64,000 bases of DNA, taken from the NCBI GenBank assembly GCA_963776245.1, contig CAVZLN010000003.1:128001-192000 (forward strand), in the 5' to 3' direction. Made by a program: the position numbers and the translations under genes. Shown here in pieces: positions 50,547-60,405 of this stretch; position 1 is the first letter of the stretch; every line of letters starts with the position of its first letter. This DNA comes from Candidatus Eiseniibacteriota bacterium (lineage in GTDB: Bacteria > Eisenbacteria > RBG-16-71-46). Under the pieces are notes generated by a model. That model searched no databases. It saw nothing but the letters and a program-made list of their open reading frames with translations, and was not told the DNA's origin.

Positions 50547-53500
50547 TCAGTTGAGCACGATCATCTTGTTGTTGCTCTGGAAGTTCTGCCCCGCGAACGT
50601 CGTCCTCGCGAAGTAGACACCCCGCGGCACCAACGAGCCGTGATCGTCCACGCCGTCCCACGTCAGGTTGTGGGGACCGGCATCGAACACGCGGTCGGCC
50701 AGCGTGCGGATCAGACGTCCGGTGACGTCATAGACCTTCAGCTGGACACGGTCGCTCTTCGCGAGGCTGAAGAGCACCAACGCCTGGCGGTTCACGACAG
50801 GGTTGTTGCCGAGCTTCACGAAGTTCACGTAATCCGGGCTGTTCGGCGACTCGACACCCGTGATCGGGGTGCCGGTGAACGAGCAGACACCGTTGGTGAG
50901 CGCTGCCAGCACGGAGGCGTAGTAGATCTGGTTCCACTGCTTGTGGTCCGGACCCACGGTGACCGCGCCGAACTTACCGGTGAGGTGGGTGATGTCATAC
51001 CCACTGCCGAACGCGGTCCACCAACGGCCGCTGCCCAGCCCATCATTCGGCTTGTACACACCCGCCACGTACTGGACGGACAGCATCGGCGTGTACTCCT
51101 CGGCGACCTGCGCTTCGGTGACCAGCGGGTTCACGTCCGACACGTCGTTCGTGTACGTACAGGCGTTCCGCACGCCGTAGATATCCGACGCCCCGCCAAG
51201 AGCCGGCAGGACGTGCAGCTCGGACATCTGCGACTGGTTGTTGGCATACGCACGGTACGACGCGTGGATCCAGGTCATGCCGAAGTTGTCGAGGAACTCG
51301 GGGAAGTACGAGTTCCAGGCCGTGTCTTCGATCCATCCATCACCCTGGATCATCATCACGCGGGGATTGCTAGCGTCGGCGTTCTGCATCCACAGCGGGA
51401 GCAGTCCGCTGCCGGTGCCGATATCGTCCTGCGAGCGATCCGGGAACGGGCCGAACACACCCGAGTTCAGGTCGCCGGTGAGGATGAGCATCACCTTGTA
51501 GTACTGCGCCAGCATCGCGGGAGTCGGACCCTGGTGCGAATACTTGCCGACACCGCCCTGCTCGACGAGGCCCGGGGTCGCACGGTTGGAGAGACGGCTG
51601 CCCAGGGCACCCGCACTCGTCGTGAGCGACTCCGAAGCCTTCACACCGTACATATCCCACATGCCGCCGGGCTGGCCGCCATGTGCCGCGACGCGGTACT
51701 GAGGCAGGTTGACATCCACGCCATTCGGCGCGGACCAACCGTTGTGAGCGCCCCAGCGCGAGGTCGGGGTAGCGCCGATCGAATCCGCGATCGCCACCCA
51801 GGTCTTCTCGTCGCCACGGCGGTCATTCGCGTCCACGTACAGCATGCACGCCATGTTCATACCGGGGGTGAAGGCGCCGTCCTTCCAGCGATCCGGGAGG
51901 ACGCCGAACTGCTGCCACCGGTGGCCGTCGTAGTTGCCCTCGTTCGGCTGGATGAACACGGTGTTCGTGTCCGGCACCATGTCGAACGTGCCCGCGACGG
52001 GCGCGCCGACGAAGCGCTTGGTGAAGAAGTACTGAACGTGCGCGCCCGGCGTGAGCAAACCGTCGGGGAGGATCTGGGTGCCTTCGACCGTCTGCGGGTT
52101 GCCATCATAGCCCGACGCGTACGGCGGCGAGTTGAGGATCCCATTCAGGCCGAGGCGATAAGCAGCCGGGACCGAGTCGCACGTGATGTTGACGTTCGTC
52201 GCGCCACCCAGCGTGTCGATGACGAAGCACTTGTTACGCAGGATCCCGAGGGCGGGCAGATGCGCGTCCGCCTCGTGGTAGCACGACATCCACTGGTTGG
52301 CCGGCAGGAAGCCAGACGTGGCACCGTCGCCGTAGCCCCTGCGGTCGACCGGGAACAGTCCGACCTGAGCGGTGTCGCAACGGGCACTCCGCCACACGTT
52401 CGGGTTCCAATTGCCCGGCCACGTGGCGTCGAGGTCACCCAACAGCGAGTACGACGAGTACTCGCCACCGCCGGCGCCCATGTACGAGCCCCAGAACGTG
52501 CCGTCACCCGGGGTCGCCGCGGTGGGGGTAGCCGACACCACCACCTGACGCAGCCCGCTCGACGGAACGCCGGGGGTCACGTAGTTGCCGACACCCGGCT
52601 TGATGCGGAACACCATGTCGATGCGCATCGTACCGATGTCCGTCGCCACGATGTAGACCGAGTCCGCCGGGACGTCGAAGCGCAGGAAGTTGTTCGTCCC
52701 CGGATACGCGTTCAGGCCCGTGCGGATGAGGGCCGTGGTCGTATCGAAGTTCGAGGTGCCCACCAGGGCGTCGTTCTCGTTGAACGGGAACGTGTCATTG
52801 AAGAAGTCCCAGATGTTGATCGCCATGGTCTGCGGCGTGCCGTCGATGATGACCAGCGACACGTTGTCCATGTACGAGCCACCCAGCGGCGAGCAGTCCG
52901 GCGCGCCGAAGCGGTAGCACTGCTGGAGCTTCATCATGAAGATCTTCATCGAGTCCGGCACCGCGACGCCAGTACCGTTCGCCGACACGATCTGACCGTA
53001 CGCGCTCATGTCCTCGAGCGTCGCATAGCAGCGCTTCAGCGGCTCGAAGTAGAGGAACGGCGGGGTCATGCGGTTGCCCCACTGCGGGGTACCCGCCGCG
53101 GGACCGCCCGCGATCTGCAGCGCCGGGTACGACATGGCGCCGAACTGCCAGGCGTTGCCCTGGTTGTAGATGTCGTAGATACCGAAGTACATCTCGTACT
53201 GCAGGCCGTAAGCCTGGGTCGGCGTGGCATCATCCAGCGTCAGGCCGAACGTGTTCGGCAGCCCGACCCCGGGCTGACCCTTCAGGCCGACCGTGGGCGA
53301 CGCGGCGCCCCAGTTGCCCTGGCCTTCGGTCGTGCCCGCCAGACCACCGGCGCGCTCGCTGTTCTCGTGATCGCCCATCGACACGACGCCACCCAGCATG
53401 TCGCAGGTTCCGTAGATGCTGTACGGATCGTCGACACCGCAGAGGTCCTTGTATTCCAGCGTCGCGAGCTGATGCACGTGGAAGTAGATGGCCGGCGGCT

Positions 53501-54992
53501 TGCCGGTCGAACGCCACGTGTCGGAGATCGTGCCAGCGACCGAGTTGTCGATGTCGGAGGCGTTCTCGAAACCACCGAGGCTGACCGCTCCGGCACCGAT
53601 GTCGATCGCGACGTCATCGACCTGCGCCGCGCCCATGCCACCCGAAGTGTAGGTCGCCGGGCTGGACTCGTCCGACGTCCCCGCGTTGGTGTGGACACGG
53701 AACACGATGCGCAGCGTCGAGCTGGCCGCCTTGAGGGCCGCCGCGTTCGCCGCATCGATGGTCACCGTGCGCAGGCCAGCCGCGTTGTTGCCCTTCTGGC
53801 TGAACACCCACAGCCGGTGATCCTTATCCAGCACTTCATTGAACCAGCGGCGCATGTTGTCGTAGATCGGACGCACGGTGCCGTCCGACCCCTTGAACGA
53901 GCCTTCCACCGGCTTGCCGACGTACACCTGGAACGAGTCGATCGGCGCCGCGAAGTTGGCAGCACCCACCGTACCGTCGGTCAGGGTCGTGGCTTCCGCC
54001 GAGATCAGGTTGCCGTCGTTGACCGCGGGCGGCGCCCACGGTGAGGGGTCACCCTCGAACCAGCCCGTGCGGGTGGTCGCGGTGGTGCCCTTGCCCGTCG
54101 ACATCTGAGTCTGCGACAGGAACGTCAGGACGATCGGCCCCGACGTGTAGGTCGAGATGTCGTAGTCGCGGTAGAGCATCTGGTCCATCTGCGACGCGTA
54201 GCCCGGGAACGTCTTGGCCGAGCCGGTGCCGATGACGCCAGTGCCGTTGAACTGGATGACATCCACGTTCAGCGGGTTGTTCGTCACGGGATCCACGACC
54301 GTGGCGTCCCCGTGATTGCGCAGACCCATCCACGCGGAGTACGAGCCGGCCAGCGGAGCCCACTTCACACCGCCGTCCGCCGGGAAGGCGTACGGGTCCG
54401 AAGGATTCGGATCCGCGACCGTCGCGGTGTTGCCCGGGTCACGGTGCCACACGCCGACCACACCGAAGGTGCGCTTGAAGCCAGCGCCCTGGTTGATCAC
54501 GTAGTTGGCCGTGTTGCCCATCTCGATCGCCCACCACGCGCGGTTCACGTCGGTGCGCGTCGTGCCCGAAGCGTTGGTGTGGTTGGAGCGGAACGGCCAC
54601 CAGCCCATCAGCGAGTCGCCATGGGTCGAAGCCGACTGGTCCCACTGCCAGTTGCCCTCAGTCATCTGGCTGGGAGCGAGCGGACGGTTCGGACCAGGTC
54701 CGACCTTCCAGTAGTTCGACACGCTCGCGCACGTGGAGAACCCGACGTACACGGTGTCATTGGCGGTCCCGGTCGGATAGCCGACACAGGGACCGGTAGC
54801 AGTCAAGGCCTTGGACGCGCCGAAACGGGACGCGCCCTGACGGGCGGCGTTAGGCATCTGCTTCTGAGTGAGCGGGGTGCTCTTCATCAATCCGAGCTCA
54901 TCACCGTTCACGGGTTCAGACGCGAATGCCGCCGTCGTCAAGCAAGCAGCCGCTCCTGCGAGGAGCAGCAGCGCGACGAACGACTTCCTCAT
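50547..54992 (-). CDS. Very large (1481 aa) secreted protein with C-terminal FlgD-Ig/CTD-like domain; candidate major surface protein
   Basis: GGAGGT RBS, signal peptide MRKSFVALLLLAGAAACLTTAAFA; G/T/S/N/aromatic-rich; tail VYDVTGRLIRTL...WDG.DD.G..VPRGVYF. Confidence 0.88.
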   Translation of the reverse strand: MRKSFVALLLLAGAAACLTTAAFASEPVNGDELGLMKSTPLTQKQMPNAARQGASRFGASKALTATGPCVGYPTGTANDTVYVGFSTCASVSNYWKVGPGPNRPLAPSQMTEGNWQWDQSASTHGDSLMGWWPFRSNHTNASGTTRTDVNRAWWAIEMGNTANYVINQGAGFKRTFGVVGVWHRDPGNTATVADPNPSDPYAFPADGGVKWAPLAGSYSAWMGLRNHGDATVVDPVTNNPLNVDVIQFNGTGVIGTGSAKTFPGYASQMDQMLYRDYDISTYTSGPIVLTFLSQTQMSTGKGTTATTRTGWFEGDPSPWAPPAVNDGNLISAEATTLTDGTVGAANFAAPIDSFQVYVGKPVEGSFKGSDGTVRPIYDNMRRWFNEVLDKDHRLWVFSQKGNNAAGLRTVTIDAANAAALKAASSTLRIVFRVHTNAGTSDESSPATYTSGGMGAAQVDDVAIDIGAGAVSLGGFENASDIDNSVAGTISDTWRSTGKPPAIYFHVHQLATLEYKDLCGVDDPYSIYGTCDMLGGVVSMGDHENSERAGGLAGTTEGQGNWGAASPTVGLKGQPGVGLPNTFGLTLDDATPTQAYGLQYEMYFGIYDIYNQGNAWQFGAMSYPALQIAGGPAAGTPQWGNRMTPPFLYFEPLKRCYATLEDMSAYGQIVSANGTGVAVPDSMKIFMMKLQQCYRFGAPDCSPLGGSYMDNVSLVIIDGTPQTMAINIWDFFNDTFPFNENDALVGTSNFDTTTALIRTGLNAYPGTNNFLRFDVPADSVYIVATDIGTMRIDMVFRIKPGVGNYVTPGVPSSGLRQVVVSATPTAATPGDGTFWGSYMGAGGGEYSSYSLLGDLDATWPGNWNPNVWRSARCDTAQVGLFPVDRRGYGDGATSGFLPANQWMSCYHEADAHLPALGILRNKCFVIDTLGGATNVNITCDSVPAAYRLGLNGILNSPPYASGYDGNPQTVEGTQILPDGLLTPGAHVQYFFTKRFVGAPVAGTFDMVPDTNTVFIQPNEGNYDGHRWQQFGVLPDRWKDGAFTPGMNMACMLYVDANDRRGDEKTWVAIADSIGATPTSRWGAHNGWSAPNGVDVNLPQYRVAAHGGQPGGMWDMYGVKASESLTTSAGALGSRLSNRATPGLVEQGGVGKYSHQGPTPAMLAQYYKVMLILTGDLNSGVFGPFPDRSQDDIGTGSGLLPLWMQNADASNPRVMMIQGDGWIEDTAWNSYFPEFLDNFGMTWIHASYRAYANNQSQMSELHVLPALGGASDIYGVRNACTYTNDVSDVNPLVTEAQVAEEYTPMLSVQYVAGVYKPNDGLGSGRWWTAFGSGYDITHLTGKFGAVTVGPDHKQWNQIYYASVLAALTNGVCSFTGTPITGVESPNSPDYVNFVKLGNNPVVNRQALVLFSLAKSDRVQLKVYDVTGRLIRTLADRVFDAGPHNLTWDGVDDHGSLVPRGVYFARTTFAGQNFQSNNKMIVLN

Positions 54993-55333
54993 GTGACTAC
55001 CTCCATCGTCGCAATGCATGGGCAATGCGAGGGCTTCCGAAGTACGGATTGCGAGCGAGGTGTCGCGGAAACAAATCGGCCGACGGGTCTCGATGCGATT
55101 CACACGAGAACGCCGACGGCAGACTGCTGCACGAGTACCGATCCCCCCTTTCCGCTGTCGTGCGTTGAACCCTGAGGCAGTTCGGGTCGCGCACGACACT
55201 GTGATTGCGCGTTGACTCGTACGGAGCCGGCACGATCAGAACGCCGCTGCCAGCGCACTGATACATGACGACCGCGGAACTCGAGGTGCATCTGGGGGTT
55301 TTCAAGACGCACCGACTACATCTCCACCCACAG

Positions 55334-55375
55334 AGGCTAGGCCCCTGACAGGGTTCTGTCAATCCGTTTTTTTGC
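55334..55375 (-). promoter_or_regulatory. Strong sigma70-like promoter with upstream A-tract and overlapping palindrome
   Basis: A-tract, then TTGACA-N17-TAGCCT; palindrome TGACAG-N4-CTGTCA at 55346-55361. Confidence 0.7.
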
Positions 55376-55404
55376 TTTGACTTGGCACGGCCGGGAGGCC
55401 GGCA

Positions 55405-56718
55405 TCACCCGATCCTGACGCGCCTTGCGCCGACCCGGTCCAGCCAGCGCAAGTCCTGACTGGCGACCAGCATCGGGGTGGAACGGGCGCGCCGGGCCAC
55501 TTCCCGGGCGGCGGCCTCGCGGCGGGCCGGGTCGAGCCCGGCGGTGGGCTCGTCGAGGAGCACCAGGTCGGCCGGGGCGAGCAGCACGCCGGCCAGTTGG
55601 ACCAGCCGTTTCTCCCCGCCCGAGAGCCCCCAGACGCGCCGCCCGGCCAGCCCGGAGGGGCAGCCGAGCGCCTCCAGCAGCCGGACCGCCCCGGCCACGG
55701 CCCGGTCCCGGGGCATCCCGCGCTGGAGCGCCGCCCATATCACCTCGTCCAGCACCCGCTCCTCGAAGATCTGGTGCTCCGGATACTGGGAGGCGAGCAG
55801 CGGCGGGGCCGACCACGGCGCCCGCCAGCGGGCCCGCACCTGTGCCAGCTCGAGCGCGCCCGCGGCCACCGCGAGGAGCACACTCTTGCCCGCGCCGTTG
55901 GGCCCCTCGATCGCGGTCACCCCACGGCCGACCACCTCGATCGCGCGCGCGGTGGCGACATCGACCCGCGGGCCATCCGCCGATCCCGGGGGCGCGATCT
56001 CCAAGCACATCAGGCTCGCGCCGTCGGCCCCGGCGGCGTCCGGCTCGGGTGGCAGGGCGGCCGCCTCCGGCTCGGCCCCCTCGGCACCCACCGCCAGCGT
56101 GCGGTGAGCGGCCGCCAGTTCCCGTTCGTCCTGGGTCACCCACACCAGCGCCATCCCCCGCGCGCACTCCTCGCGCAGCACGCCGAGCACCCGTCGCCGG
56201 GCCTCCGCGTCGAGGTGCGCGCCGGCTTCGTCCGCCACCAGCAGGCGCGGACGCACGGCCAGCGCCGCCCCGAGCACCACCATCTGCTGGCGCCCGGCCG
56301 AGAGGGTGTGCGGGTCGCGCGCCAGGTCGGGCCCGAGCCCGAGCGCCTCGGCGATGCGACGAGCCTCGCGGACCACCTCTTCCTCACCCCGGCCGAGGTT
56401 GCGCGCCGCCAGCGCCAATTCGTCGGCGACCGTCGCCTGGAGCAGCTGCACCGCCGGGTCCTGCAGCACCGCGGCCACACCCTCGCGCGCGCCGGGCGGC
56501 TGGCCCGGCACCAGGGCCGCGCCCTCGAACTCGACCGTGCCGCGGCGCGCCGGCCACAGCCCGGCCAGCACCAGCGCCAGGGTGGTCTTGCCACCGCCAT
56601 TGGGGCCGTGGAGGGCGACCCACTCGCCGGCCTCCACATCCAATGAGACGCCCCGGACCACCGGGTCCGGGGCTCCGGGAGGCGCGGCCCACACCTCGCG
56701 GGCGCGGAGCACGGTCAC
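55405..56718 (-). CDS. Fused double ABC ATPase, ECF (EcfA/CbiO-like) type
   Basis: GPNGGGKT and GPNGAGKS Walker A; LQDPAVQLLQATVADEL and QYPEHQIFEERV ECF-type Q-loops; LSAGRQQ and LSGGEKR. Confidence 0.85.
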   Translation of the reverse strand: MTVLRAREVWAAPPGAPDPVVRGVSLDVEAGEWVALHGPNGGGKTTLALVLAGLWPARRGTVEFEGAALVPGQPPGAREGVAAVLQDPAVQLLQATVADELALAARNLGRGEEEVVREARRIAEALGLGPDLARDPHTLSAGRQQMVVLGAALAVRPRLLVADEAGAHLDAEARRRVLGVLREECARGMALVWVTQDERELAAAHRTLAVGAEGAEPEAAALPPEPDAAGADGASLMCLEIAPPGSADGPRVDVATARAIEVVGRGVTAIEGPNGAGKSVLLAVAAGALELAQVRARWRAPWSAPPLLASQYPEHQIFEERVLDEVIWAALQRGMPRDRAVAGAVRLLEALGCPSGLAGRRVWGLSGGEKRLVQLAGVLLAPADLVLLDEPTAGLDPARREAAAREVARRARSTPMLVASQDLRWLDRVGARRVRIG

Positions 56719-57896
56719 GCGCCGCCGCCCCCCGCGCGCCAGGCGGCGAGCGCGGCGTCGGCGACCTCTCGCCACGGGCGGCCCGCCCGCTCGGCCGCGG
56801 CCCGCACCGACTCGAACTCGGGCACCGCGCGCTCCGCGCCGTCCGGCAGCGTCGCGACCTTGAGCGCCACCGCGCCGAACCGGGTCGCGACCTCCACCCC
56901 GCGTCGCGCCAGTTCGACCCGTTCCTCGTGGCGCACCCGCACGCCGAGCGTGCCGGTCTCGGTGAGCAGCATGCGGGCGAGCGCGTCGGCATCGGCCGGT
57001 TCGGCGATCACCACCACCCACATGCCGGGGCGTCCCTTCTTCATCAGAGTGGGCACCACCATGGCATCCAGGGCACCGGCGGCCAGCAGGCGCGGCAGCA
57101 GCGCCCCCACCACCTGGGGGCTCTCGTCGTCGAGCGCGGTCTCGAGCACCGCGACGGTGCGCCGGCCCAGCCCGGCCTCGCCGGCGCGCCCCACCATCAG
57201 CCGCAGCACGTTGGGTTGCTCGGCGAGGTCGCGTCCGCCGGCCCCCATGCCGACGCGCTCGAGGGTGTACACCGGGGGCGGGCCCCACGCGTCCACCAGC
57301 GTGGCGAGCAGGGCCGCGCCGGTGGGCGTGACCAGCTCGGCCTGCACCGCCGTGGGCGCGAGGGGCACGCCGCGCACCAGCAGCGCGGTGGCGGGCGCCG
57401 GCACCGGCATGCGGCCGTGCTCGCAGTCCACCGTGCCATTGCCGAGCGGGAGCGCCGAGGCGTACACGCGCTCGACGCCGAGCGCGGCGAGCCCGAGCAC
57501 CGTGCCCACCACGTCGACGAGCGCGTCCACCGCGCCCACCTCGTGGAAGTGCACCTGCTCGATGGTGCTGCCGTGAACGGTGGCCTCGGCCTCGGCGAGG
57601 CGGCGGAACACCGCCCGGGCCCGCTCGCGCACCGCTTCCGGCAGCTCGCCGGCGTCGATCATCGCCTCGAGGTGGCGCAGGTGCCGGTGGGGCTGCGTCC
57701 CCGCGGCGCTCACCTCGACGCGCGTCGCCTCGAGCGCGCCGCGGCGCGCGCGGCCCACGGTCACGCTCACCCCCGCGAGCCCGAGCCGCGCCGGGAGCGC
57801 CTCGAGCTCGGCCGCGGGCCAGCCCGCGGACACCAGCGCGGCCAGGCACATGTCGCCGCTCACCCCCGAGAAGCAGTCGAAATACGCGATGCGCAT
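56715..57896 (-). CDS. larC: Nickel pincer cofactor biosynthesis protein LarC
   Basis: MRIAYFDCFSGVSGDM, VHFHEVGAVDALVD, HGRMPVPAPAT, VTPTGAA, MKKGRPG, ETGTLGVR, PEFE. Confidence 0.95.
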   Translation of the reverse strand: MRIAYFDCFSGVSGDMCLAALVSAGWPAAELEALPARLGLAGVSVTVGRARRGALEATRVEVSAAGTQPHRHLRHLEAMIDAGELPEAVRERARAVFRRLAEAEATVHGSTIEQVHFHEVGAVDALVDVVGTVLGLAALGVERVYASALPLGNGTVDCEHGRMPVPAPATALLVRGVPLAPTAVQAELVTPTGAALLATLVDAWGPPPVYTLERVGMGAGGRDLAEQPNVLRLMVGRAGEAGLGRRTVAVLETALDDESPQVVGALLPRLLAAGALDAMVVPTLMKKGRPGMWVVVIAEPADADALARMLLTETGTLGVRVRHEERVELARRGVEVATRFGAVALKVATLPDGAERAVPEFESVRAAAERAGRPWREVADAALAAWRAGGGGA

Positions 57897-57904
57897 CCGC
57901 TCTC

Positions 57905-58660
57905 CTATCGCCGCCCGCCCGCGGTGTTCACCAGGTGCGCGGCGTAGCCGGCCCCGAAGCCGTTGTCGATGTTCACCACGGTCACGCCGGCGGCGCACGA
58001 GTTGAGCATCGCGAGCAGCGGCGCGAGACCGCGGAAGTGGGCGCCGTATCCGACGCTGGTCGGCACCGCGATGAGCGGTCGGTCGGTGAGCCCGCCCACC
58101 ACGCTGGCGAGCGCGCCCTCGAGCCCCGCGACCACCACCAGCACGCGCGCGCCCCGCAGCTTCTCGCGGTGCGCCAGCAGCCGGTGCAGGCCGGCCACGC
58201 CGACATCGGCCACCAGTTCGGCGCGGCTGCCCATGGCGCGCGCGGTGACCAGCGCCTCCTCGGCCACCGGCAGGTCGGCGGTGCCGGCGCAGATCACCAC
58301 CACGCGGCCCACCGCGCGCGGCGCGCGACGGCGCACCACCACCGCGCGCGCGCGCTCCCACACCTCGGCCCGCGGGCAGGCCGCGCGCAGCGCCGCCTGC
58401 GCCTCGGCGCTGGCGCGCGTGACCAGCACCAGGCCGTGGCGCGCGTAGAGCCGCTGCACGATGGCGACGATCTGCGCCGGCGTCTTGCCCTGGCCGAACA
58501 CCACCTCGGGGAACCCGCCGCGCAGTGCGCGCTGGTGGTCGAGGGTGGCGAACTCGAGGCGTTCGAACGGCGCCTCGGCGATGGCGCGCGCCGCCTCGTC
58601 CACGCCCGCGGTGCCGCGGCGCACGCGGCCGAGCAGCCGCTTCAGCTCAGCCGGCCGCAT
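57905..58660 (-). CDS. larB: Nickel pincer cofactor biosynthesis protein LarB
   Basis: PEVVFGQGKT, AGTADLPVAEE, DVGVAGLHRL, AVPTSVGYG, VVNIDNGFGA. Confidence 0.95.
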   Translation of the reverse strand: MRPAELKRLLGRVRRGTAGVDEAARAIAEAPFERLEFATLDHQRALRGGFPEVVFGQGKTPAQIVAIVQRLYARHGLVLVTRASAEAQAALRAACPRAEVWERARAVVVRRRAPRAVGRVVVICAGTADLPVAEEALVTARAMGSRAELVADVGVAGLHRLLAHREKLRGARVLVVVAGLEGALASVVGGLTDRPLIAVPTSVGYGAHFRGLAPLLAMLNSCAAGVTVVNIDNGFGAGYAAHLVNTAGGRR

Positions 58661-59702
58661 GCGCGCCCTCCGCGCCGGGCGGCGGCGGGGCCGCCGCCAC
58701 GAACCGCTCCGCGCCGCCGTGCGCGAGCTCCCCGAGATAGGCGTGGAGCAGCGCGACCATCTCGTCCACCGATCCGGTCTGGTTCACCTGCTCGCGCACG
58801 CGGGCGCTGTGGGGCAGGCCCTTGATGTACCACGCCACGTGCTTGCGCATCTCGCGCGCGGCGGACGCGGGCCCCACCGCCTCGACCAGCATGCGCAGAT
58901 GGCGCACCCCGGCCTCGAGCCGCTCGGTCGCGGTGGGCGGCGGCAGCCGCTCGCCGCGCTCGTGGAACGCGCGCAGGCGCCGGAACACCCACGGATCGCC
59001 GAACGCCGCGCGCCCGATCATCACGCCGTCGCACCCGGTGGTCTCGAGCATGCGCAGCGCGTCCTCCGGCCCGCGCACGTCGCCGTTGCCGATCACCGGG
59101 ATCCCGACCGCCCGCTTGGCGGCGCCGATCAGGTCCCAGTGGGCGAGCCCCTCGAACTTCTCCGAGCGCGTGCGAGCGTGGATGGCGACCGCCGCCGCGC
59201 CCGCGTCCTCGAGGGCGCGGCTCACCTCGACCACGTTGGTCGAGGAGCCGTCCCAGCCGAGGCGGATCTTGGCGGTCACCGGCAGCGTGGAGGCCGCCCG
59301 CATCGCCGACACGATCGCCTGGATGCGCGGCACGTCCTGCAGCAGCGCCGCGCCCGCGCAGCGGTTCACCACCTTGCGCACCGGGCAGCCCATGTTGATG
59401 TCGATGAGGTCCGGCCGCCGCGCCTCGGGCAGCTCGCACAGCACCCGCGCGGCCTCGGCCATCACCGCGGGGTCGGACCCGAACAACTGGATGCCGATCG
59501 GGCGCTCCTCGGGGGCGAAGGCGAGGTAGTCGAAGGTGGCGCGCTGCCCGCGCACCAGCCCGTCGGAGGACACCATCTCGGTGAACACCGCGGCCGCGCC
59601 CTGCTCGCGCGCCAGGCGGCGGAACGGCGAGTCGCTCACCCCGGCGAGCGGGGCGAGCAGGAACGGGGACTCGAAGGTGACCGGACCGATGCGGAGTGGC
59701 AT
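58647..59702 (-). CDS. dusB: tRNA-dihydrouridine synthase B
   Basis: LAPLAGVSDSPFR, IDINMGCPVRKV, TAKIRLGWD, IHART, IGNGDV, VMIGRAAFGDPW. Confidence 0.93.
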   Translation of the reverse strand: MPLRIGPVTFESPFLLAPLAGVSDSPFRRLAREQGAAAVFTEMVSSDGLVRGQRATFDYLAFAPEERPIGIQLFGSDPAVMAEAARVLCELPEARRPDLIDINMGCPVRKVVNRCAGAALLQDVPRIQAIVSAMRAASTLPVTAKIRLGWDGSSTNVVEVSRALEDAGAAAVAIHARTRSEKFEGLAHWDLIGAAKRAVGIPVIGNGDVRGPEDALRMLETTGCDGVMIGRAAFGDPWVFRRLRAFHERGERLPPPTATERLEAGVRHLRMLVEAVGPASAAREMRKHVAWYIKGLPHSARVREQVNQTGSVDEMVALLHAYLGELAHGGAERFVAAAPPPPGAEGAHAAG

Positions 59703-59734
59703 GCGCGGTGGGATGTCCCGGGTGGTCGTGCGGT

Positions 59735-60403
59735 TCAGGCGCGCGGCGGTGACGTGGCGGGGCGGCGGCGCGCCCAGTCGGCGATGTCCGCGAAGGTCTC
59801 GAACGGCACCGCGGCGAGCGTCTCGCGCCGGCACCACTCGAGCAACCCGCGGTGGGCGAGGACCGCGTCCGCGACGCGGGCGCCGCAGCGGTCCGACAGG
59901 CCGTCCCCGACCATCACGGTGTGATAACCGAGGGCACGGTAGCGGCGCACGTGCTGCGCCTTGCAGTTGCCGCACTGCCGGCACCCGCCCTCGAAGTACG
60001 GGAACTCCGCGCGCACCCCGCCGCCCTCGAAGCTCAGGCGGTTGGCGGCGTACGGCAGCTCGCCGAGCCCGACGCGCTGGAGCTGGTCGCGCACGTAGAA
60101 GTCGAAGCCCTCGCTCACCACCATCACCGCGTCGCCGCGGCCGAGCGCCTCGCGGGCGAACGGGGGAAAGTGCTCGTCGACGCGGAAGCCGCGCGTGAAC
60201 TCGAGCGCCTCGGCCTCCCCGGCGCGCACGCCGGCGCACTGCGCCTCGGTGAGCGCCCGGTGGCCGATGCTGCCGGCGAACCAGCGGTCGAGCAGCGCCT
60301 GGTGGGCCGCGGCGTCCGCGGCCGAGAAGCGCCTCACGAACGCGGCGCCGATGTCGGACGGCGACACGGTGCCGTCGAAGTCGCACAGGTAGGCGTAGGG
60401 CAT
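59735..60403 (-). CDS. MtnX-like HAD-IB phosphatase
   Basis: CDFDGTVS, VVSEGFDFY, GNCK, VGDGLSDRCGA. Confidence 0.85.
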   Translation of the reverse strand: MPYAYLCDFDGTVSPSDIGAAFVRRFSAADAAAHQALLDRWFAGSIGHRALTEAQCAGVRAGEAEALEFTRGFRVDEHFPPFAREALGRGDAVMVVSEGFDFYVRDQLQRVGLGELPYAANRLSFEGGGVRAEFPYFEGGCRQCGNCKAQHVRRYRALGYHTVMVGDGLSDRCGARVADAVLAHRGLLEWCRRETLAAVPFETFADIADWARRRPATSPPRA

Positions 60404-60405
60404 GC

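Noticed and set aside
54993..55330. Known riboswitch (c-di-GMP, TPP, cobalamin, SAM) in the long leader
   Set aside because: No diagnostic consensus recognised by eye; an Infernal search is needed.
56715..57896. Programmed frameshift in larC as in Lactiplantibacillus larC1/larC2
   Set aside because: larC here is one continuous ORF.
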